The notes under the pieces were generated by a model. That model was not told the DNA's origin, did no database searches, and worked only from the letters and a program-made list of their open reading frames with translations. Made by a program: the position numbers and the translations under genes. 64,000 nt of DNA from Thermoplasmata archaeon. GTDB lineage: Archaea; Thermoplasmatota; Thermoplasmata; RBG-16-68-12. The stretch is from assembly GCA_035636315.1 (NCBI GenBank), contig DASPZJ010000084.1:25401-89400 (forward strand). The letters run 5' to 3'. This document shows positions 55,777-63,633 of this stretch, in pieces (the first letter of the stretch is position 1; each line of letters starts with the position of its first letter).

Positions 55777-56091
55777 CTAGAACCCGTAACCTTGCAGGAG
55801 TTGCTTGACATCCGCATTGTATTCGTCTAGGAACTTATGACCTCGTTCCGTCAAGCGTGGCCCGGTCTGAACCACGAGCCCTCTCATCTCAAGTTGCTCA
55901 AGGTATCGTTTGAACGCTTTCCAATTGACGTAGGACCGCGCTTGAATCCTGGTTTTCCTGGGTTTCTCAGGATTGTTCTCTTCCTCCTCCAGGACCGCCG
56001 ACATAATGGCGACGGCGACTTCAATCTCGGACCGTCGCTTGTGCGTCGATTCTCCCCCGGGGTGGAACTGCAGCGAGACATATTTAGTCAT
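55777..56091 (-). CDS. small archaeal winged-helix protein (putative regulator)
   Basis: IQARSYVNWKAFKRYLEQLEMRGLVVQTGPRLTERGHKFL. Confidence 0.6.
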   Translation of the reverse strand: MTKYVSLQFHPGGESTHKRRSEIEVAVAIMSAVLEEEENNPEKPRKTRIQARSYVNWKAFKRYLEQLEMRGLVVQTGPRLTERGHKFLDEYNADVKQLLQGYGF

Positions 56092-56787
56092 GTGCGGAAT
56101 GTTCCCAAATTTAGGATCGCCGTCGTGGCGGTGAGTACTTCACCGGTGGATAGCGGCGGGCGAAGCGAGTTAGTTGGCGCTTGACTGAAAGGTCCCGTAA
56201 TACCTCCCGTTCTCGCTTAGCTTCGACATCGCGACAGGCATAGTCTCAGTCAAGACCCAGAAGGAAGAAATCAAGTCTTCGCAGGGATGCAACTGTCACC
56301 GGAGCGGGACGACCTTCTGCTCTCGGCGTACCTCGCTTTGCCCGCCGTTTGTCGGACCTTGACGTCCCCACATGGAGAAACAGCGAATCCCTCCGGTCCG
56401 GCAAGTTCCTACGACGATCGAAGGGGAAAGGAGAGACTGGAATTCTTGGGCCCAGTCTTGTGCTGGGACAGAGAACGGTCTGGGCGGGCAAGTCCTTTTC
56501 TGTATTCGGACACATTCGTTTGTCCCGTGGCGTGGCCCAAGGAACTTCCCGCAATCCCCGCGCGCTGGGAGCATCCGCGGAAGCCCCTCAAAGCAGAGCG
56601 CCCCTTCCGGCTGCACACGGCCCGCAAGGACCTGTATGCCTTCTACTTCCGCAAGCTTGGGTTCGGATTCGGGCAGGTGATCGAAGTCAATACGTACACG
56701 CACGGACCGAGCCGACTCCAGGTCGTCGGCATAAAGTGGCTGTCCGGGAACGTTAAAGGCCCCACGGCGGATGGCTCCGTCCGGTCC

Positions 56788-56830
56788 GGAGCATACGTGC
56801 GGACGGTACAAACCCATCCCGTCCGCCATT
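56788..56830 (+). repeat. att-like direct repeat, copy 2
   Basis: 43/43 identical to 45539-45581. Imperfect homology, including the palindrome CAAACCCAnTGGGTTTG, continues to about 56896. Confidence 0.8.
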
Positions 56831-56908
56831 CCTTGATTCGATAATGAGGAACGTTTCCGGGTCAGGAACCGACAGTTCAAACCCACTGGGTTTGTTATTC
56901 TCAATACC

Positions 56909-56918
56909 GGTTTTATCG
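56909..56918 (+). promoter_or_regulatory. TATA-like box (GGTTTTATCG) for the integrase
   Basis: Centred about 27 nt upstream of the ATG at 56940. It is part of a 13-nt motif, tcaataccggttt, repeated at 62200. Confidence 0.4.
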
Positions 56919-56939
56919 ACAGTACCATACGAGGATCGA

Positions 56940-58445
56940 ATGCAAACCCCAACACGGGCGGAACGCGAGGTCAGGCGCCAAGCCCTCATGGACGACGAGG
57001 ACGTTCGGCTGTGGAAACAGAACGTCGGCTCGGCGGCCACGGGTGACAACTACTGGCGCATGCTGGCGTACTTCTGCGAGCAGAAGGGCTACACGCCGAA
57101 GAGCCTCCTCGAACTGACGGACAAGACGATCACCGATCTCGTGCAGGCATACATGCACGAGCACGGCAACCACGGGGCCGTGCAGGCCAAGAAGGCCGTG
57201 GCGTCGTGGCTCCTCCACAACGACAGGAAGTTCACCCGCGACATAAAGACCCCCGAGGAGGTCCGGCTCGCCCGCCCCCGCGTCGATGACATGTTCATCC
57301 CGACGCAGGGCCAGTTGCGGCAGGTCTTCGACGCAGCCGACGTGCGGGCGAAGGCGGCCATCAGCGTGATCGCGTTCGCGGGCCAGCGTCTACAGGTCCT
57401 CGGGACGTACAAGGGGACGGACGGCCTCGTGCTCGCGGACCTCAAGGACCTCGTGATTGATGGGGGCAACGTCGGGTTCAAGAACTCCCTCGCGGCCCAG
57501 ATCGTGATCCGGCGCCCGCTCTCGAAGAAGCGCCACGAGTACTTCACGTTCGTAGGGCCCGAGGGGCAGGGCTACATCCTCGCCTACCTGCGGGAGCGGA
57601 TCGAGAATGGCGAGACCCTGACGCCGCGCAGCCCGCTGATTGTCCCCCTCCAGCCGAACCACAAGAAGCTCCTCACCGCGCGGTCACGCGAGGACAAGTT
57701 GCGCGAACTCGGGAGGAAGGCGAACGTGGCGGCGAAGATCGACAACGACCGCCCGTTCATCCGCGCGAGCAACGTGAGCGGGATACTCCGCAAGCCAATG
57801 ATTGCCGCGGGGCTCCACGTCCCGAAGGCCAAGGTGAACGGGGAGAAGTCCGACCCTTCCTACATCTGGCGGTCGTTCTTCGCCCACCAAGGCGAGATGG
57901 CGCAGGGACTTTCCGAGTCGTACCGGCATTTTTTCGAGGGTCGCAAGGGAACGGTGGCCGCCGACTACTCGCTGCACAAGGGCGTGTCCGCCGAGAAGCT
58001 TGAGGTGATGCGCAAGGCATACGCGAGCGTCCTCCCGTTCGTGGAGACCGAGCGGAGGCCGGTCGCGACCGAGACCCTCGCGCTGACGAAGATCGCGGAA
58101 CTAGAGAAGCAACTCAAGGACCTCAAGGCGGCGCAGGCGAACCCGGAGCAGATCACGATGCGTGAGTTCCGGGAGCAGGCCCCGATACGGGACGAGTTGG
58201 TGAAGGCCCGCACGGACGCGATGTCCCCCGGCGAACTGGATGCGCGGGCCGAGGCGGACCGGCTGGGGCAGGTCCTCACCGACGCCATGGACGGCGAGGG
58301 CAACTTCACCGAGAAGGGCGTCGAGCAGAGCGGCGAGGAGCCGCCGATGACCCGTGCGGAGATCATCGAGATGGTGAGACTCGGGATTATGACGACGGGC
58401 GAGGCGCGCGACCGGATGGGGCTGAACGGGAAGGAGGCCGCGTGA
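56940..58445 (+). CDS. int: tyrosine recombinase / integrase with long C-terminal coiled-coil extension
   Basis: Candidate catalytic residues in the expected order: AFAGQRLQVL (Arg I), YIWRSFFAH (box II-like R...H), FEGRKGTVAADY (terminal Tyr). Confidence 0.7.
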   Translation: MQTPTRAEREVRRQALMDDEDVRLWKQNVGSAATGDNYWRMLAYFCEQKGYTPKSLLELTDKTITDLVQAYMHEHGNHGAVQAKKAVASWLLHNDRKFTRDIKTPEEVRLARPRVDDMFIPTQGQLRQVFDAADVRAKAAISVIAFAGQRLQVLGTYKGTDGLVLADLKDLVIDGGNVGFKNSLAAQIVIRRPLSKKRHEYFTFVGPEGQGYILAYLRERIENGETLTPRSPLIVPLQPNHKKLLTARSREDKLRELGRKANVAAKIDNDRPFIRASNVSGILRKPMIAAGLHVPKAKVNGEKSDPSYIWRSFFAHQGEMAQGLSESYRHFFEGRKGTVAADYSLHKGVSAEKLEVMRKAYASVLPFVETERRPVATETLALTKIAELEKQLKDLKAAQANPEQITMREFREQAPIRDELVKARTDAMSPGELDARAEADRLGQVLTDAMDGEGNFTEKGVEQSGEEPPMTRAEIIEMVRLGIMTTGEARDRMGLNGKEAA

Positions 58446-58601
58446 TTGGAACTCGTCTTCCCTCGTCAGTGGTTCAACGATCCGGATGACTTGGTCGTTG
58501 GCCACTACCTCAAGTTCGTCTCGGGACTCGGCGTGGTGAGAGCGAGGAAGATCATCGCCATCGACCGGGAGCGCAGCACCGTCACTGCGGAGGGCGAGTG
58601 A
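58446..58601 (+). CDS. 51-aa ORF (hypothetical)
   Basis: The TTG start directly follows the integrase stop, and its stop overlaps the next ATG by 1 nt. My own translation: ELVFPRQWFNDPDDLVVGHYLKF... Confidence 0.3.
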   Translation: MELVFPRQWFNDPDDLVVGHYLKFVSGLGVVRARKIIAIDRERSTVTAEGE

Positions 58602-58750
58602 TGGAGAAGAGGTGCCCCCGCTGCGGCGCGGTCTGGGAGCCGGACCTCGCGCCCGATGTCGAGACGGTGATCCTCGAAGAGGCCACGGGCGCGGTGTTCC
58701 TCGTCGTGGGGTCCGAGCACGAGTGCGACAAGATCACGGAGTGGTCCTGA
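58601..58750 (+). CDS. 49-aa Cys-containing ORF (hypothetical)
   Basis: MEKRCPRCGAVWEPDL...SEHECDKITEWS. 1-nt overlaps (TGATG) on both sides. Confidence 0.4.
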   Translation: MEKRCPRCGAVWEPDLAPDVETVILEEATGAVFLVVGSEHECDKITEWS

Positions 58751-58935
58751 TGCTCGGGTGGAGATTCACGTTCGCGATCCCCGGCGGGCAGGTCCTCTGG
58801 CCTCCCGTGTGGGGCGTAGAGGACCGTGACGAGGCCCTGAAGTACGCGGAGGCTCGCGCCCGAGCCGCCGGGTTCGAGATCACGGGGCTCGTTCAGGACA
58901 GGCGCGGCGAGAACTGTGGCACGCGGAGGTTCTGA
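58750..58935 (+). CDS. 61-aa ORF (hypothetical)
   Basis: MLGWRFTFAIPGGQVLWPPVWGVEDRDEALKYAEARARAAGFEI... Confidence 0.4.
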   Translation: MLGWRFTFAIPGGQVLWPPVWGVEDRDEALKYAEARARAAGFEITGLVQDRRGENCGTRRF

Positions 58936-59241
58936 ATGTCGCGCGGCCTATCGGCGAATCAGCGTCTCGTGATCGAGCAGCATGGGATGATCAACGAAGA
59001 CAACCTAATCACGGTAGCCGAGATGGCGGAGGTGAATGGGAAGACCCGGTACTTTCCACGGGGCGCGGAGTTCGGGTTTGCGAGTCACGGGACTTACGAC
59101 TACGACCGTAGATCGATATTCAGAATGATGGCTTCCTTGAAGAGGCGCGGGCTGGTCAGGTGGTGCAAGCCATACTGGAGGAAGCGAAGGGGTTTGTATC
59201 TCCGCCCCCCGATCATCACGATCCGGAGGGGACGGCGATGA
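58936..59241 (+). CDS. small winged-helix protein
   Basis: RRSIFRMMASLKRRGLVRW. Starts at the nucleotide after the previous stop. Confidence 0.5.
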   Translation: MSRGLSANQRLVIEQHGMINEDNLITVAEMAEVNGKTRYFPRGAEFGFASHGTYDYDRRSIFRMMASLKRRGLVRWCKPYWRKRRGLYLRPPIITIRRGRR

Positions 59242-59990
59242 AGGCGACGAAGAGCGAGCCTGACGGCGACTTCTGGGTCACACCGCTGGAGTATTCATCC
59301 GACCAAGTGAAGGAGTACGTGCGCAACCGGCTAACGAACGGGCACGGCTTCGCGATGGTGCTGTCACGTGAAGCGATACGTTCCTCGGAGACGGAGATGA
59401 AGATGTATCAGGAGTACTCCGCGGCAAGAGATCGCGGGGCCACAAGCGCCGAGATCGATACCATCGTCGGTAGCTACCCTCCGGACGCGGAGGAGTGGTC
59501 CGTCGAGTATTGGCTGGACTCTCCCTTACCCGAGGGGCACGAGCCGGGCAAACTCTCATTGGAAGGTAAGATTTCCAACCTCTGGAGGAACTTCTCCACC
59601 GACAAGAAGTCCCTCGTTGAGTGGACCGATACCGGTATGGTGGCCACCTTCTACGCCGAAGAGGGTGCACTCAAGTTCGCGCGGGACGTGTCCCAACTTC
59701 TCAAGGCGGCGCTGAACCGGAACGTGAAGGAGAAGGCGGTCTATCCCGTGGATTCTGGCACGATGACCGGGACCTTCACCGGGTGGCTCCGCGAGAAGGT
59801 CAAGAAGCCGTCGGACTTGTGGGACCCTGCTCCCAAGGCCGATGGAATCTGGGTCTACGGATCGACGGTGACCAAGTACAACGAGGAGACAGGATCGTCG
59901 CTCTCGTTCAGTGGGCTCTGTGCGGCTCTCGACCGGAAGCCACAGGTAAAGGACGGTAGGAAGCGGGTGCTGGTCACGCGGGTTGCATGA
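59238..59990 (+). CDS. hypothetical protein (250 aa)
   Basis: ATGA overlaps at both ends. No recognised domain. Confidence 0.5.
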   Translation: MKATKSEPDGDFWVTPLEYSSDQVKEYVRNRLTNGHGFAMVLSREAIRSSETEMKMYQEYSAARDRGATSAEIDTIVGSYPPDAEEWSVEYWLDSPLPEGHEPGKLSLEGKISNLWRNFSTDKKSLVEWTDTGMVATFYAEEGALKFARDVSQLLKAALNRNVKEKAVYPVDSGTMTGTFTGWLREKVKKPSDLWDPAPKADGIWVYGSTVTKYNEETGSSLSFSGLCAALDRKPQVKDGRKRVLVTRVA

Positions 59991-60577
59991 TGGACGAGAA
60001 GCCGAAGATGACCGAGGAAGAACTTCGGCGTCTGTCAGGACGCGCCGTGCGGCGTGTGGAACGGGAGAGTGCGAAGCCGGACCAGTTCGACCTTCTTGCA
60101 CTGTACGTGGATCAGGATTTAGACCTCCGGCAGATCGGCACAGAGTTCGGAGTCTCGAAGGACACTGCACGAACGTGGCTTCTTCAAGCCGAGATTCCAC
60201 TCCGGTCACGTGGTCCAAGATCGAGTGGAAGCGGCGGACTGGCGTCGAACGACTTCTGGTTCCGCTTGGCGGACCGGCACGTCACGTTCCGGAACATGAG
60301 CAGCACCCGACTCCCGGTGGTGGTCCAAGCTCGGATTGTCGCGTTGAAGGAAAAGGTCGCGGAACTCGTGGAGCGTCAAGATCGGGATGACAGCATCGGT
60401 CTCATCCGAAAGATTCTCGACGAAGCCGATCTTCTGGAGCGGTTGCTCAGCAAGTTCCTCGCTGCCCTTCACGAAGAGGAAGCGATCCGCGCGGAGTACA
60501 ACCGCCGAGCGTTGGAGTCCGCGCTTCGTCACGCGATGGGGCTTCCGCCGAGCGTCGAGCAGACTGGTAAACAGTAA
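59987..60577 (+). CDS. HTH protein (sigma-70 region-4 / LuxR-like helix-turn-helix)
   Basis: LDLRQIGTEFGVSKDTARTWLLQAEI. Confidence 0.55.
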   Translation: MMDEKPKMTEEELRRLSGRAVRRVERESAKPDQFDLLALYVDQDLDLRQIGTEFGVSKDTARTWLLQAEIPLRSRGPRSSGSGGLASNDFWFRLADRHVTFRNMSSTRLPVVVQARIVALKEKVAELVERQDRDDSIGLIRKILDEADLLERLLSKFLAALHEEEAIRAEYNRRALESALRHAMGLPPSVEQTGKQ

Positions 60578-60685
60578 ACAGTACGTTGGAGGGTTTTCCG
60601 GAGAGTTCCCCTATTGCTATAGTATAGACAATTCTATTCTGGCAAGATTGGAATAAACCTTCCGGACACCTGTTTACTGTTTACC
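60566..60685. repeat. 16-nt perfect inverted repeat (GGTAAACAGTAAACAG / CTGTTTACTGTTTACC) flanking an 88-nt AT-rich spacer
   Basis: Arms at 60566-60581 and 60670-60685. Each arm is itself a tandem AAACAGT duplication. The spacer contains ctatagtataga and two TTCCGGA palindromes. Confidence 0.7.
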
Positions 60686-61070
60686 TGCTCCTCAACCAGC
60701 GCGAGATCGCGGACGCCCTCCGCGTCAACCGGAACACGATCCGCCTCTGGTTCGACCCGGCGGCTCGGGAACGCAGGCGGCTCTCCCTGCCCATGTACAG
60801 GACGAAGCACCGGACCCGATGTGATCCACGTCGGCACCGTTGAGGAGTGCCCGAAGTGCGAGCGGCGCGGGTACGAGCGCTGTAAGCCCGAGTCAACCTG
60901 AAGACGCTTCACGTGTCGTACCAGTGGAACATTCGACACTACGACGGCGACCACCGGCAGAGCGCCCACAGCGTCTCGCTGCAATCGTGGCAACGCGCGG
61001 GGATCGTCTTCGCTTCGCGTGAAAGAGAGGACCAGTACGAGGCCGCGATGAGGGGGGACAGGACCCGCCG

Positions 61071-61159
61071 TAGAACTCCGGCATAGGACTACGCACGATC
61101 CACGCGTGGGAATCCTGCGTTTCCGTCGATAGGACTCCGGCATAGAACTCAGTAGGACT
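61071..61159. repeat. iteron-like TAGRACT repeats (five copies) around a CCACGCGTGG palindrome
   Basis: tagaactccggcataggact (61071-61090), taggactccggcatagaact (61130-61149), taggact (61153-61159). The palindrome is at 61100-61109 and recurs in tandem at 61239-61257. Confidence 0.65.
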
Positions 61160-61508
61160 GGGCCGCAGGGCGGGACTTTCGGAGGGGCGCCAGCGGTTTC
61201 GGAACAGCCTTCCGACGGGCCTAAATCATTGAGGAAACCCACGCGTGGCCACGCGTGAATTTTTCAGGCAAAAATGCCCTCACATGGAAAGGCGAAAGAA
61301 ACGTTGGTAGTCCAGGGCGACCCGCGCCAGGCACGAGCCGAGTACTATAGGGGGGATAGGACCGGAATCGACGTTCGCGGAATCGTGCGTGCGTCTGTAG
61401 ACCCCCCTTTGCCGAGCAGGAAGGCCCGAAAAGTTCTATGGACGTGCCTCGCGGCGACTCCAAGTCCGCCGCAAAGCGACCGAATTGCGTAATCGTGCCT
61501 GACCTCGG

Positions 61509-61550
61509 ACTGAAGCAGACTGAAGCAGGGACTGAAGCAGGCTGAAGGAG
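61509..61550 (+). repeat. four tandem 10-12-nt units ACTGAAGCAG
   Basis: Units at 61509-61518, 61519-61528, 61531-61540 and 61541-61550 (the last is the variant GCTGAAGGAG). actgaaggagagg recurs at 61793-61805. Confidence 0.65.
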
Positions 61551-62320
61551 AGGCCCAAAAATGTGCAATCTAGGCGTGGCGCCTGGCTGGCGGGCCCGAA
61601 ACTGCATGAAGCAGAGAAACACCGAAAAAACCCTCAAGAAGACTTCCTTCCCGTGCCCCCTCGCACAGCCCCCCCTCCGGTTCGCGATGCGTACCAGTCG
61701 CAATAGGTGGCGCCTACTACCCGCCCTCAAGGATTCGCCGTCATCGCTGCCGTCGGTTTCGGCGGATCGACGGACCAAGGGCGGATAGCCGGACTGAAGG
61801 AGAGGCGGGAAGGACGGGCGGCTGAGGGACCGTGACACATTGATATGCGCCTGCCACTTGTTTGGTTCGATAATCGAGCGCCCCGGTGATTTCCCCGAGA
61901 TCGGTCATTTCAGACGCGCCGATCGACCCTGCGACGAACGTCGCCCATCCTACGGAAAGGAAGGCTCGACTCAATCGCCGTGGGTCCGTCGCAACGCATG
62001 TAACGATCCGGTCCCGGCGCGCTCCTGGTGAAGTCGGACCTCACTTCGCTCTCGACCGACACGGAACTGGACCGAGAGCGCCACCGACGCCGACAGCCCC
62101 GCGCCTGAGAACTGCGAACGTGGGCGACGATCGCGGACTTTGATTGAGGCGTATGCCCCCGGCCAAAGCCGCCGCTGATTCTCGCCTGTGATCGTGTTTT
62201 CAATACCGGTTTTTTGAGTTTGTATGGGTGAACAGGTCTGCAAACGGCGCAAACGCGAGGGGAGGTGATGGTCGTGTCTCTCCGAGGCGCCGACCGCGGT
62301 CCGTTCAAGGGGGAACACCC

Positions 62321-63307
62321 ATGGAGCAAGATTTCCGTCAGCCCGAGGAAGCGACGCCCAAGGTCGAGACCGTCTATGTTGAGCCCCTCCGCGAGCGATT
62401 CCCATGCGGCACCGAGTTCGTCCGCGACTACTGGAACGCGGAGAAGACTAGCAGGCACCCGCGGACCTGCTTCGCGTGCCGCGTAATCCTCGGGACGAGC
62501 CGCGCATCGGTCATGCCGCAAGATTCGGTCGCCGCCGCGTTCGTCTCTGGCGTCACGCGACCGCTGCGATCTGGAACGAACAACTACCGCAGCGACCGCG
62601 ATTCAGTCGTCCACTACAACACGCTGGAACTTCTGCGCCTCAGGGACGGGACGGTCGTGCGGTCATCCCAATGCTGGAGCGCGGGATTCGCCTCGTGCGG
62701 TCGCGCCCGCGTTGACGTGGCTCTGCCGCTAAGCACCATCGGCGAGATAATCGGATGGGGCGCGGGCGAATCGTGGGCCGGACGGGACATTGTGATCTTG
62801 GACCACACTGAGAGCGAGGTGCTGTTCGCGCATGGAGGCCGCACGTTCCTCTTCGGTCACGACAACGGGAGACCATACCTCGTCGAACTCAAGGATCGCG
62901 TCGGCACGGTCTACGAGGCACTAGTCTCAATGGCCCCGCGCGAGGTGATTGGGGCACTGGCAAACGACGTTCCCGTTCTCCGGCAAGGCGAGTGGTGGCT
63001 GATCCGGCAGGAGCCTACGGAGAAGGAGCGCGAGTTCGTCTCGATCCGCGCGAGGTTCAAGGAAAGCGCGACGACCGGCATGAAACGCCGGCTGATTCGT
63101 CCCGCCATCGAGAAGGGATCGGCGCACACCGCTGGCGAGGTGCTCGACGCGGAAGGACGCACGTTCGTGCGAGGGACGGTCCGGCACGCGCGGCGCGAGC
63201 ACGAGCCCATCGCGCTGGGCAACGTGTGGCACCTCGCAGTCCGGAACGCGAACATCCTCACGGCATGGCAGGTGCCGCGGCGAGGACTTGGAGGAGGGAT
63301 CGACTAA
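62321..63307 (+). CDS. hypothetical protein (328 aa)
   Basis: ATG-initiated, with G+C-rich third codon positions. No recognised domain. Confidence 0.5.
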   Translation: MEQDFRQPEEATPKVETVYVEPLRERFPCGTEFVRDYWNAEKTSRHPRTCFACRVILGTSRASVMPQDSVAAAFVSGVTRPLRSGTNNYRSDRDSVVHYNTLELLRLRDGTVVRSSQCWSAGFASCGRARVDVALPLSTIGEIIGWGAGESWAGRDIVILDHTESEVLFAHGGRTFLFGHDNGRPYLVELKDRVGTVYEALVSMAPREVIGALANDVPVLRQGEWWLIRQEPTEKEREFVSIRARFKESATTGMKRRLIRPAIEKGSAHTAGEVLDAEGRTFVRGTVRHARREHEPIALGNVWHLAVRNANILTAWQVPRRGLGGGID

Positions 63308-63633
63308 TGCATTTCCTCCGGTCAGATGCGGAAGCCGAGTTCGCGCAGGATCGGACTCTTGAGCGCCGGAAGAGGGAATTGGCGGCGATCATCCGTCGCA
63401 TCATGCCCCGGGAAACGCTTTGGGCCATCAAGACCGCGAGAAGGTTCGCGCCTTTCAGTCCGCTGGTTTTGGTTTACGTCCGTGCGATTGCTCTCGCGGT
63501 CGCCGAAGGCGCGGACGATAGCCACCTAATCGAACAGGCCGAGCAGGACGAGCGGCTCGAAGATTATGAGTGGGAGTTCGTGGAACAGGCCCGCTGCGAG
63601 ACATACCTCAACGAACTGGAGCGGTTGCTGTGA
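63307..63633 (+). CDS. hypothetical protein (108 aa)
   Basis: The start overlaps the previous stop by 1 nt (TAATG). Confidence 0.45.
   Translation: MHFLRSDAEAEFAQDRTLERRKRELAAIIRRIMPRETLWAIKTARRFAPFSPLVLVYVRAIALAVAEGADDSHLIEQAEQDERLEDYEWEFVEQARCETYLNELERLL

Larger units (their letters stand above)
45582..56787. mobile_element. integrated genomic island A (no integrase of its own), bounded by att-like repeats
   Basis: Lies between the two 43-nt repeats. G+C drops: 31/60 in the line starting at 52201 against 41/60 in the line starting at 13021. Gene content is accessory. Confidence 0.55.

Noticed and set aside
48546-56091. Search for a YcaO/SagD-like gene, and for a microcin-C-type short ORF ending in Asn, near the E1-like gene.
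   Set aside because: No ORF on the island shows YcaO-like features. Scanning the minus strand of 54985-55400 for an Asn codon followed by a stop found none. The only well-supported short ORF ends in Thr. A strict MccA/MccB analogy is therefore not supported.
56287-56955. ORFs 56287-56844 (+, 185 aa) and 56296-56955 (-, 219 aa) crossing the second att copy, considered as a possible split SSV-type integrase.
   Set aside because: No recombinase motifs are present. The shared peptide MADGMGLYRPHVCS also appears at the first att copy (45440-45637) simply because the DNA is repeated. An intact integrase with its own promoter starts at 56940.
60685-60840. Plus-strand frame encoding LLLNQREIADALRVNRNTIRLWF (HTH-like), and a following Cys-containing frame (CPKCERRG...).
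   Set aside because: No ATG/GTG/TTG start precedes the HTH segment (the frame opens at 60628), and the downstream frame needs a frameshift. These may be decayed genes, but they are not supportable as features.
61509-61550. Possible CRISPR array.
   Set aside because: The units are only 10-12 nt long and directly abut one another with no spacers. There are four copies and no cas genes in the window.
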